DNA of 64,000 bases from Ginglymostoma cirratum. Taxonomy: Eukaryota. The translations under genes and the position numbers were made by a program. Under the pieces are notes generated by a model that was given only the letters and a program-made list of their open reading frames with translations, ran no database searches and was not told the DNA's origin. The stretch spans positions 70,042,853-70,106,852 of the forward strand of contig JAHRHZ010000012.1 in assembly GCA_024137785.1 (NCBI GenBank), written 5' to 3'. How positions within the stretch are numbered: the first letter of the stretch is position 1; the number at the start of each line of letters is the position of its first letter. This document shows positions 1 through 12,300 of the stretch, piece by piece.

Positions 1-320
1 TTTCCCCCAGAGTGGGGGACTTAATTACTAGGGGTCACAATTGCAAGGTGAGAGGGGAAAAGTTTAAGGGAGATATGTGTGAAAAGTTCTTTACACAGAG
101 GGTGGTGGGTGCCTGGAACACGTTGTAAGCAGGGGTGGTGGAGTCGGGCACGATAGCGTCATTTAAGATGCATCTAGACAGATACATGAATGGGCCGGGA
201 GCAGAGGGATACAGATCCTTGGAAAATAGGTGACAGGTTTAGATAGAGGATCTGGATCGGCGCAGGCTTGGAGGGCCGAAGGGCCTAATCCTGCGCTGTA
301 ATTTTCTTTGTTCTTTGACT
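1..320 (+). mobile_element. CR1-type (HER1-like) LINE 3' end
   Basis: End-of-ORF2 sequence (ttctttacacagagggtggtgggtgcctggaac), then the 3' tail ggcttggagggccgaagggcct...ctgta and a (ttctttg) repeat. Confidence 0.8.
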
Positions 321-3265
321 TGGAACTATAATCGCTGCCCCATCACTGTTGCTAGGTCAAAATCTTGGACCTCCGACATGCAGCACTGTATATGTACCTA
401 CACCAGATGGAATGCAGTAGTCAAGATGGTTCTTTCTCCTGCACCCCTACATTCTCAAGGGTAATTACAGAAGGCCACAAATGTCAGCCTTATGACTGGC
501 ACCTTCATCTCATCTCAGAATAAAAATGTAGCCGCCCAGAAACTGAGAAGAGTGATGATGAAAGTGAGGTTAGGCTAGGTTGTGATGTGGGCCAACAGCA
601 TAGAAATGAATTTGGATTTTCAATCTAACACTATTCAAACAATACTGTGTAGGTTTGCCCATTTCTCAATTCTATAAACGTCTATTATAATATTTTTCAT
701 CACTACATCATGGTGCAAACAAATTGCTTTCCAAGTTCCCTTCCTAACTTGATACAAGCAAACATACGAAATAGGAGCTGAAGTAGACCGTTTGGCTCCA
801 AGCCAGGTCTGCCATTTAATGAGATCAGGGCTGATCTGTTTCCATATCCCCACCTATATCTATAAACTTAATTCTTCTTGGTGACATGAATCAAAGGTTA
901 AGAGAAACTTTAATAATATAACTTCTTGATCTCCCTAAAGTTGTCATGGAAGCACAGTTTAATTTAAAGCCCTATAATGTCATTTTAATTTCACTTTAAT
1001 TTGGTCCAAGGCATGCTTGGGTGATTTTTGTCACATTATATGCTAACAGCATTATCACAGTTGCACAATTGCAAAATATATGTGTTTGCAAAGGATATAA
1101 AATTAGCTGTGGAAAAATAGACACACACAGCAAGCTTTGTTTCAAAATAAACATTGTCACCAACCCATGATGGGCTATTTTCCCACAAGTTTTGCAGAGT
1201 ACAATACTATTGAAGTTTCTCTTGCCCACAACTTGATGTGGGGTCAGGCACTGCAGACGCTGTTACATTTCTTTGCTTTCACAACATGATCTCTAAACAG
1301 TCAGAAAGCAAATATTAAATGAATACCTGAGGTATGAGAAATGCACTAGTTCATTCATTAATCTTGCTGAAGGTAAACATAGACATCAAGTGTTTTGTTA
1401 AACGTAGCCACCCAAACCTGTGTCAGGTTCAAGCAATTCAAGCTTCATGGATCATTTTAAATTTAATTAAATTCACTAGGCAGTTTTACCCATAATAAAA
1501 GACAGCTAATCAAATTTCAAGCTCAAGGGAGATTTAGTCACAAAAGGAAATCAGATGGTCGTGGACTTGTGTGAATTCTATAAAAACCACAGTTGTTACT
1601 CGATTTCATATGCTAGGCTGAGGAGTCAGTATTTCGCATGTTAGAAAACTAATCAGAAGTTGCAATACTGGAGCAGTACTTAGAAAGTTTAGGTCTGTGT
1701 ACAATAAATCCCTTTCAAATTCAAAATGGTCAAAAGACGATGCCTCGAGTACAATTTCATTGTGATAATAAGCACTTCAGGAAAATATCTTAATGTAAAG
1801 GTATATTTTCTTTTAAAATCAATTGTCTAGTGTAATTTTGCACTGTTAGAACATTTGCCACTTTCGACTCTACCAATCTGTTAAACTATTTTAAACAGTA
1901 ACAATTAAACACACATTGTCACCTGAATACAGAACTATGTATAGCTCTTCTATACCATTGCTTGCCATAGGAGGTAAATGAGACTGTGCTGCCACCACTG
2001 GACTACATTTAAGGATCCACTTCCCGTAACATTTTATTTTGGATCACAGATGTATGCACTCAGTCAATACAGTGAGACAAACAACATAATTTTCCCACGA
2101 ATAGCACGTAGAGATCTTTGCCAATCTCAGAGGAAAAGTACAACGTCCACGAAAGCTCACATTACCATATATACTGACTTTGCAGTGGTTAGTGACTTTG
2201 TGTTGTGGATTCTCGTTCATAATGCAAATGGCACAAGCAGCCTTGGGTAGTATCATTTCATAGAAGTGTTTATGGAACATCAAACTAGCGCCAGGAAACC
2301 ATTCAGCAAAACAAAAACAAGATGAAGCACAAACTGCATCACTATTAATTTAGTATATGTGACAGGAGCCTGTCTGCTAAATTTTGCTCACAACTGTAAG
2401 CTTGTTGATTGGAATATTAGGATACTTAAGTATAACTGATTTGTCTTATTCATGTAATTCAACCACGCTTGGAAAAACTAACAATAACAGACTGACAAGA
2501 AAGCTAAACTGCATTTAAATTCACAAATGGATACAAATTGTGAAATGTTCATCATCTTATTTTTGCCAGCAACACTGAGCTTCAAAAACTGGCACTCACA
2601 GTAAAATGTACTTGAACAATACATGTGAAAACCCAACTGAAATGCAGTAGCAATTCCAGTTAGTGAAATCACATGACGTAACTTCATAAATACATATGAA
2701 AATATGGAATTTTCATGAACTAGCAGTGAAGGACGTAGCACTAGAAAACAGGAACCGAAATCCCAATTCGCTCTCATGTAGCACTGACCAATGTACTTGT
2801 GTACAAAATTTGAACAGATTTGTAATTAACCTGCCAACGAACACTAAAGTTTCCAAAACCAATCACAAGTTTATAAATCTCAAAATCTCAACGTAATAAC
2901 TATGGGAAACATACCAAGTGAATTTTTCCTCCCAATAGCTTTTAACCATTATAAGAATTGATGGTACACATTACTCACATAACTTTTTGATGCATTGCAG
3001 TAATCTAGTATAATTAAGAAAGAAAAGGATATAAAATGAAGATGGGGACAGCAAACCTCTGTCCAGTTTGTGTCACTTAAGATCCAGAGTAAATTGGATT
3101 CCAGTAATTTAAAGAGCATTTGAAGACAGCTTTAGTTATTTGATGGTGGAGAGAAACTGGCAGATATTATAGTGAGATAGTTTTTTTTTTAATCTGCTGA
3201 TGCCTCACTGTCTGGTCATTGAAAAAGTTAAAGATAGTGGAAGTGGGATATTCAGTAGTACTTAC

Positions 3266-3282
3266 AGTGCCTGCGTCCCTCT
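3266..3282 (-). CDS. TLE1: TLE1 exon 8, 17-nt microexon: (E)RDAGT
   Basis: ggaaacag|AGAGGGACGCAGGCACT|gtaagt. It completes the phase-1 codon from exon 7 and corresponds to DREPGT of mammalian TLE1. A long pyrimidine tract lies upstream (about 3335-3365). Confidence 0.85.
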
Positions 3283-6200
3283 CTGTTTCCACAGTAACCA
3301 CAAAATGCATAGATATGGTGGGTCAGATACAAAGGCAAAAAAGAAACAAAGAAAAAAGAAAATTAGAACGCAAGCCGACAGATGCTTTCACAACAGCTTT
3401 ATTCATTCAATTCATTGCACATTTCTAATACATTTTTTTTAAAAGTTCCACATATACTTTAACATTATAGGTACATCAGTTCTTTGCATACAACCCCTGG
3501 CCTTGAAACCAATGACAGAATAAATTACTGCTGGGTTATTAAATTAAAATGGCAATGAAAGTTATTCAGCAAGTGCAATTCTTATTCATTAAATTAAATT
3601 GATTCACAACACATCGATCTTAATACAAGACTTTTTTTAAAATATGAAAAGCAAAAACTGTTCAATTTAACTGAGCAGAATGATTTGACATGACTACAGC
3701 TAAAACTTAGCAACATCAAGTTTATTTTCCCTCTTCTGACATACATTTCAGAAAGATAAAACAGTACGGATGGTTTTCTGGTAATGTCATTGTCCATCAA
3801 ACACTCTCTGGTTATCAGTAGTAGTAAAAAGACAAATAAACTGTAGTAGAATTACAAACATCTCCCATTTGTCTCCGGCTAGTGCAACCGTCTACCGGAC
3901 GTGGTTAGTGAAGCTAGAAACATTACAGTATGATCTACTTAGGTTCAGGCCAAGTCTGTTTAGATTCAAAACAGTTTTGTCTTTTGACAAAGACACCTAC
4001 CAATATATCCTGCATATCATTCCAATCTTAGCATCATCGTGTGAATATCTTTTATAGTTGTTGAATTTTTTTTAAAAAATGGCAGAGAGATAAGATCAGC
4101 AATGGGAAATAAAAAGAGAGATAGAATCAAAGCTGGTCTTTGTGTTGTTTTAGTTTACATTAGAGGAGGTAACTAATATTATATTTGGTCCAATGCACAA
4201 ATTTTGTGCTTTTTCTCAACCTTTCCAAAATTTCTTCAATACACAATACATAAATGATATTTTCATGCTTTAAAAAAAACACCATTTACATCATTCCATT
4301 CATCACTAAGAGAACATAACTTTATATTACAAAATTTGAAAGCCTAAGCCAACAATTTACAACAATATTAACTGAGGAAACAAATATTTTGGAGAGGTCT
4401 GTCTTCTAATTTCTTATTGGGGAGCAGGGGGCTAGACGATAAAGGATCAGGTTAACATCATAGGGTTTCAGGCAGCTGTACTGAATATTCATGACAAAGA
4501 GGACCAAACATTCTGCAAGGAAGGCCATGTTGCAAACAGTGACAAAACTGTAAGACATCTTGCATAACAAGTATCTCTTTACAATGACAATCTTGGTCAT
4601 CTTAAAAGCGATTGACCTATTTAGTGTATTTTCTTCACTCCTTTGGATCTAGTCAGAATGGGAAAAAATGTTGCTTTTTGCGTGTGGCTAGGTTGTTCAA
4701 GAAATCTAGAGCTTTGTGTTTTCCCCCCCCCATTTCTACACATCTGGCATCATACAGAGCACAGATAAACAATTTGTAGCCACTTGCCTTAAATGCATTA
4801 AGAATCACAGAATCCATCTTGTAAATCAACATTTTGATGGGAATAACTTTTTATTAAATTTCAAGTATTAAAACTATTCCCAATTAACGAATAAACTCTA
4901 TTCATAAACACTAGTGCATTGAGATTATTTTATTTAGTTTTCAAAAAATATTTATTAGATAATTATCGCCACCATTTGTGAATACTCTCTTTTAAAAAAA
5001 GACAATCATATTGCACATCAAATTGCAAAGTTCACTTTTTAGAACAGTTTCTTGGTGCTGGAAAATTTGCATAGATATATGGTGAAAAAGATGCACTACT
5101 GTACTCACAGGAGCATGCGCTTATGCGTCATGTTGAGCATGTGGATACATAAGTACTAAATTAAGAGGAGAAAGGCAGTCTGGTAGCAGAAGGCTTTTTT
5201 GAAACAAGAAACCAATAAGCAAACAACTTAGCTTTTGTATTAGTTTGAATGAGTAATTGTCCTTGAAGAGTTTTGGAATATCATCTGCATTCTGTCCCTC
5301 TACTTTTCGATTACTTTTACCCTCCTGGTGGGGTAGATGGGGGAGTGGTGGAAGAACAGAATAACAGCAAGGACAGAAGATGTAATATTCCTCAGCTTGC
5401 AGTTAGAATGCACATAACTCAGACTTCCAAACACCCTACATAGCTGTTTTCCTTATATTATATCATTGTTTCACTGCTGTCTGCAAGAATCATGTTTGCC
5501 TACATATTAGAGAGGCTTGCCAATCTTGTATGAGGCTTAATAGTGAGTTGGATCCAAAAGATCACAAAATTCTTCCTCAGCAATAGTCATTTCCAGGACA
5601 TGTGAATGTGGGGTTGAGGGCAGTGAAGAGGGCTAATAAGAGAAACTGAACATTTGCAATGCATGATGCCAATTAAAAATCATAAACATATTACTTAAGG
5701 CAAAATATCCTAAATATTACCTGACAAAGCATTTAGATTAAGACACTTGAAATCACTTCAATATTTGTAAAGATTTTATTTAAGACAAAGGTTCCTCTGC
5801 CTCACCCGTTTTAATTTGCAAATTTAACATTTAAGGTAGGGTGCTGGAAAAAGGAGGGGAAGAAGTGTGAGAAAAGGGTATGCTAACAGTGAAAAGAGAG
5901 CAGTTGCTAATGCTAACAGGCGTGCAACATTTGAATGGACTCCTTATCCTGATCAAACAGGTCAAAGCAATTAAAAATGAAGGTGATGCAACAACTAGCT
6001 TCCATCACATCAATACATCTATTACAGAAAGTAAATCGGATAGTTAATTTTAAGTAGTTAAGATCTACTTATTGCAAGAGGAATTATCAGTTGGATGAAA
6101 ATAGGCAGCAAATAATATGGCAGAGGAATAAGCAACATTGTATTATTTCCATCTAATTCAAACACCATTACTTGTTCTTGCCTTGATTCTCAAATACTAC

Positions 6201-6689
6201 AAACAAAAAGCCTCCCCCTCCTCTCCAGCTGTGAATTGATTTAAATGGGGCTGTAGCATTGTAATGATGTGGTAAAAGGGATTGATCTCTTGCAGGTATT
6301 ACCATTTTATTTTCTATGACTGCCTGTTTACTCGTGGACTTGGGCCTTTATTCATTTGCTGAGCACTTGCTATCATTAACATATACTCGGGAGCAATCAG
6401 CAAAGAAACTGAAGATCAGTCGACAGACAGCAAAGATTACAATTACCATGAATGCTGTGGAATGTAATACCTCTGTTTCATGTAGTTATAACATATGATG
6501 CATGAAACTGGGATGGCACAAATGACATTAAGAAGCAAGTTTGGAGTCAGCCCCAAAAATGTCATAATTTTGCCTTCATCTCCCATGTAAAGAGGAAGTC
6601 TTCTTCCATTTTCTTTAAATGTGGATAGTGTTCCACAAGTTATGCTTCGATACTGTTCACTTTAATGTAGACAGCCAACAAAATAGTCA

Positions 6690-6910
6690 TATTTGTATCT
6701 GTGCTGGAGAAACTCAGCAGGTCTGGCAGCATCTGTGGAGAAAGAAACAAGCTTTTAACATTTCAAATCCAATACAATTCTTCTTCAGTACTGATTTGGA
6801 GAGTCATTGGACTCAAAAAGTTAACAGTTTCGCCACAGAAGGTGCCAGACCTCCTGAGTTTTTCCAGCACTCTGTTTCTATTTCAGATCTCCAGCATCTG
6901 CAGTGTTTAC
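6690..6910. mobile_element. Palindromic Penelope-derived short repeat
   Basis: 42-nt inverted arms at 6702-6743 and 6828-6869 (5 mismatches), ending in tccagcatctgcagt like the other copies in this window. Confidence 0.7.
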
Positions 6911-7142
6911 TTCTGTTATAATGGTATTTGTAGCATAACACATCACAGAAAACCATAAAATTCAGAAGTTGAACAAGTTAATTTAAATCTTGGATTTTAA
7001 AAAAAACTGATTGTTTCAGCAATTGGTTAACTATACATTTTTTTTGCATCTTGTATCAGTTTTGAAACCAAACAAAAACAACATAGCTGTGATTGACTGA
7101 AATTCACAAAAGGTTTCTAATCAGGCCTGCCTTGCTTCTCAC

Positions 7143-7347
7143 CTCTGTGGTGGTCCGATTCATGGTGCTTCTTATCATCTTTCATAGAAAGGTGGGGCTG
7201 TCCACCCAAAACACTTGATAGAGTCAAAAGGCCTGCGCTGCTACCAAGTGAGGGGATTGATGGAGGCTGAAGTCCTGAAGGATGAGGAGTGAGAGGCACG
7301 GGAGGTCCATGACCATGAGAGAGATGTTGAGCCTGAAGTTGCTGTTG
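7143..7347 (-). CDS. TLE1: TLE1 exon 7 (205 nt): [70 protein letters not shown] domain
   Basis: atgatcag|CAA CAG CAA CTT...CAC AGA G|gtgaga. It overlaps ORF 7117..7299 and matches the TLE1 GP domain. Confidence 0.95.
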
Positions 7348-8094
7348 CTGATCATATTAAGACCACCATAGATTTGCCAGGAAATGAAGTGAGAGTAGGG
7401 AGAAAAGAAACACAATATGATTAATTTCAGTGAAAATTTCCTTACACAAAGTTCAGCAACAAAAGAGAAGTAAAATTCGCAGTAAAAAATACAAAAGCAA
7501 CTAACAGCAACTGCAGTGAACAGAAACACCATCATTTTACGTGCTCAGCTATGATGGTTAACATTTACACATAACCGTGGTTAACTTTGTTTATCTGTGC
7601 AAGATTGCAACTCAAAACACACACTGTCAGTGATAAACAACCACACAGAGTAGATGCAAACATTGCACCAGGCCTTTTAAGTTTATTTTGAGTTGTGATT
7701 ACAAACTTCCAGCTCCGAATTAAACGGACACACTTGAAATTGTTATGTTGGTTCAATTTCAGTTGTGTTTCTGGGACAAATATCTATAAATCATCTCCAT
7801 CTAAAATCCCTTATTAATGTAACAAATCAAATTTACTGGGATAAATGTTTGTATCTGGCTTGCTGATGGTGGTCTGCAAAATAATAGAGAGTCAACAAAA
7901 GTAGTTTTATGGTGCAAATGTTAAATTGTGAACCTACAAATGCAATGTGGAGAATAAGTGTCTGGTTACTAACATGGAAAGTATAAAATTGTAATCAGCA
8001 CAGTAACGAGAAATACAGATGACCTTTTGATATGTATTCTGATCCGACAGGTCAATTTTTAACATGCAAATGAAAATTTATGTTTTAAAAATGC

Positions 8095-9120
8095 CTGGCT
8101 AGATGGTAATGGTTGAGTGGGGAATATACCAGACCGAGAGTTTACAGATTGTGTTGGAGTACAGTTCTGTTGCTGATGAGGACCTAGTGCCTAATGGATG
8201 CCCAGCCTTGAGTTGCTAGATCTGTTCGAAGTCTTTCCCATTTAGCATGGTGACAGTGCCACAAAACACTTTGGAGTGTATTCTCAACGTCTAGGCAGGT
8301 CTTCATCTGCACAAGGACTGTGAGATAGTCACTCTTACCAATACTGTGATAGACAGATGCATCTGCAGCCAGCAGACTGGGAAAGATGAGGTCAAGTATG
8401 TTTTTCCCACTTCCCTTGCCACCTGCTGCAGACCCAGCCTAGCAGTTACATCCTTTAGGACCTGACTAGCTTGAACAGTAGTGCTGCTACTGAGCCACTC
8501 TTGATGGTGAATATTGAGATCCCTCACCCAGAGTACATTTTGCGCCCTTGCCACCATCAGTGCTTCCTCCAAGTGTTGTTCAACATGGAGGTATACTAAT
8601 TTATCAACCAAGGGAAGACAGTATGAGGTGGCAGCACGGTGGCTCAGTGGTTAGCACTGCAGCCTCACAGTGCCAGAGACCCGGGTTCGATTCCAGCCTC
8701 AGGTGACTGTCAGTGCGGCGTTTGCACATTCTCCCTGTGTCTGTGTGGGTTTCCTCTGGGTGCTCCGGTTTCCTCCCACAGTCCAAAGATGTGCAGGCTA
8801 GGTGGATTGGCCATGCTAAATTGCCCATAGTGTTCAGGGGTGTGTGGGTTATAGGGGGATGGGTCTGGGTGGGATTCTCCAAGGGTCGGTGTGGACTTGT
8901 TGGGCTGAAGGACCTGTTTCCACACTGTAGGGATTCTAATTCTAATCAACAGAATGTTTCCTTACCCATGTTAATCTTCATGCTCTGAGACTTCATGAAA
9001 ACCAGAGTCAATGTTGAGGACTCCAGTGGCAACTCTCTCACAACTATATACCACTTGGTGCGATTTATTACTCAGCCAGCTAACTTTAATTACTTATACT
9101 GGTCTTCCAGTTGGTTTACA
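8095..9120 (-). mobile_element. Decayed LINE (CR1/L2 group) fragment encoding an APE endonuclease-like region, interrupted by a SINE
   Basis: ORF 8303..8611 reads HVEQHLEEALMVARAQNVLWVRDLNIHHQEWL, a GDFNxHH-like endonuclease motif. It is frameshifted. Confidence 0.7.
8630..8946 (+). mobile_element. HE1-like tRNA-derived V-SINE
   Basis: A box tggctcagtgg and B box ggttcgattcc; V-domain-like core tttgcacattctccctgtgtctgtgtgggtttcctctgggtgctccggtttcctccc; CR1-like 3' tail with (attcta) repeats. Confidence 0.88.
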
Positions 9121-9349
9121 TATTCTCCGCAGGTGTTACGCCATTTTTTTAAAAATGGTTATTTATTTATCAGACATGGTTGTTGTTTGCTGGGCCAGTA
9201 TATATTGCCCATCCCTAGTTGCTCTTGAGAAGGTTGTAGTGAGCAGTCTTCTTGACCTGCTGCAGTTCATTTGGTGCAAGTGTGTCACAGTGCTGTTAAC
9301 AAGGAAGCTCCTATTACAATACCACCTAAATAAACTATTTAGCTAGGCA

Positions 9350-12300
9350 CTTTAGCTACAACTTAATTCACAAGTCTTTGGAACATAGATGGATCATTTT
9401 TAGGCTCAAATGCCATCACTCAAAATTAATGGACCAAATGGGTCATATCAAAGTCTGATATATCCTTAGCCTTTGAAGTTAATGGTACCCATCAGAACCT
9501 TTAAAATTGATTAATCTTAGAAAGAAGTAAAGCATTGCCATCCTTATCAGTACAATCTTCTAACTGAAGGAACTGGGGATGAATCTGATTTTGCTACTGC
9601 ATTTACTTTTTTCCAATCCACTTAATATATAGTGAACACATCAGTTTAGGAACTAACATGACCAGCAATCTCAAACAGTTGATTTTCCAGCACATACTGA
9701 ATTTCCATTTCCACCAGAGCTTGTACTTCTGAAATTAACTACTAAAAATGTTGTTTTAATGGTATTGATTTGTCAACATCCACATTGCCTACACAGTATA
9801 TCCAGATGTACATCTTCAAATTTCCTTGAATTTTTCAAGTAACCTTACTGAGTCTTCCTGTTGTCTTTGCTGCATGTACAATGTTAACTAATTCTCTCGA
9901 TATTTCATTATTGGGTAGTCAAATTTTTAGAAGTTTGCATAGTGAATTGTTTACCTCTCCTCCAACCTCACTCTTTATGTCTCTGTCATCCTCCTGTTTT
10001 CTTACCATCTGGTATACTTACTCTTTTTCATCTTTCTCCTTGTGATGATATCACTTTAACATGTTCACAGGTCATAAACAGATTCTTCTTCCTGCTTTCA
10101 GGAGTATCTACCAGATAAGTTATTGTCGCAATTCTCCTAATCAACCTGTACATACCACTGAATTTCACCTACAGAGACTAACCTTATGAAAGGTAATAAC
10201 ACTAAAAATTTTTCTCCTATTTGAAACTTTATAGACGCAGCAAGTTTGTCCATTCTTTCAGCCTGCTTGTGACGTTTCCAAATGCTCTTGTGCCACTTTA
10301 GACACCCAGCCAGTCTCTCTAGAAACACGGCCATGTGATCCAATAGTCAGGATTCCTCTTGTCCCCTTAAAAAGCCTCCTTAAACAGCTTTGATGGGTCT
10401 CTCATCTCAATGATATAGATCAATTCAAATACCCCAAACCCAGTAAATTAATTCATTTGGGGAATCTCTGGTAGCAATGAGTAAGAAATCTAGCCCTTTG
10501 TCCTAATCCTGTGGGTATTCATGACAATATACTTTAATCATTGCATTTTTTTGTGATTAGATGGCGTCTTTCCAAAGCTTGCAAATGATAGGCAGTATAC
10601 TTTAACAGTTTTATACCAAACTTGTTCATTCATTATTGAAAAACTTTAAGGCATAAACTCAGAAACTTGGCCTGATTACATTGTTAATTGGGAACTTAAA
10701 ATGGGTAAATAAAAAGAGCTTTTCCACTACTAAATGGTTCTCATTTCCATAATTATAAGGATATACTGGTGTCCTGCCTTTGTTTTTGGCCATGGTCCTA
10801 ATGCAATCCATTGACACGCAACAGGTTTGTCTCTTAAAGATGCCAGCTCAATTATACATTGACATTTTCCCACAACCTGACCAATCTGACTTGCTTTACA
10901 GAACCACACTTCGTCCTTAGGAAATCTTGTCCAGGTAAAATGCCTGTTTATCAATGTTTTGAGTTTTCCATATTCCTATACTCTGCCATAGGAATTTCAT
11001 GTGCTATTCACAGTAGCGTTTTTATAGATTTTAGGTGATACCTCTCCCTGATGCATAAGTGTTCTTTCCTCATACACAGCTATTTGAGGTTGTCTCCACT
11101 TCTCCGTCAGAGTATCGACTTGTTTAACCCTGGAACTGCTTTATACACTATTAAACACTTCCTTTGAATCATCCCCATTCTTAAAGAAGGTTTTAGCTCC
11201 TCTAACATCTATTTGTAGTATAACTTTGATCTCTGTTAATGGACTATGGTTAGCGTTAGTCTGGTCACCACATGTGACAGAAAAATATCAAGAACCTGTT
11301 TCTGTTCCTGTTCCGTTGCTTTAACCTCACTTGGACTTTCACAACTAATGAGTTGAAGCTATAACTTTATCACCACCAAATCATTACTGGAGTTAAGCCA
11401 ACTCCATCCACAAGTTATTTCTTAACAACAACTTCTATCATTGTTCTGGACAGCAAGCTACGCTCCAATTGCATTTTATTTTACGATGGAACAGGGGCAT
11501 ACTCCCCACTTATCCAGTTTATTAACTCTTTGTATTGAAAGCCACTCTCTGGAAGGAAAACCATAACCTTCCTCAGCAAGAGAGTTTGAGTATATCTCAT
11601 GTCTCTTAACAGAGTTATGGGCTATACTGCATCATTTGAAGAAAAAAGGCGTCTCTCTCCTTCTTTATCTCTTTCATTAAATTATTAACCTCTCCTGCAC
11701 TCCAGGCAGCATTTGCCTCTGATTTTCTGGCTATAGTTAAAGCAACAATTTGATCCATGGTATTTTCCTTGAGTTTATTGTTTGGACTAATGGACGTAAT
11801 GACCTAGTATTATTGTTGGGCTGTTAGTCCGGAGACTGAGATAAAGTTCTGGGGACCTGGATTCAAATCCTGCCACAGCAGATGGTGAAATTTGAATTCA
11901 ATAGAAATCTGGAATAAAGAGTCTAATGATGACCATAAATCCATTGTTGATTGTTGGGGAAAACTGACACAGTTCATTAATGCCCTTCAGGGAAGGAAAC
12001 TGTTATTCTTACCCAGTGTACATTACATGTGACTCCAGAATCACAGCAATGTGGTTGATTATTAACTGCCCTCTGGGATTGACAATAAATGTTGGCCTAG
12101 CCAGTGATGCCCTCATCCAACGAATGAATTAAAAAAACTCATTCTAACAACCACAATAAGTCCCACGGACTTCCCACTCAACATCCAGTATTCTGAGTAA
12201 AGGTGTCTGACACTATTACAATGGAACTATTTAGACATTCAATCTTTCACCCCCACCTTCAGCATCTTTCTTTCTGATCTGTAGGGTTCTTGGGCTTTCC

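Noticed and set aside
1-3265. TLE1 exon 9 (SNSLLVPDSLR-like CcN exon)
   Set aside because: I found no matching minus-strand frame with splice sites; it presumably lies left of the window.
8630-8700. tRNA-like sequence with A and B boxes
   Set aside because: It continues directly into a SINE core and LINE-derived tail, so it is a SINE head rather than a tRNA gene.
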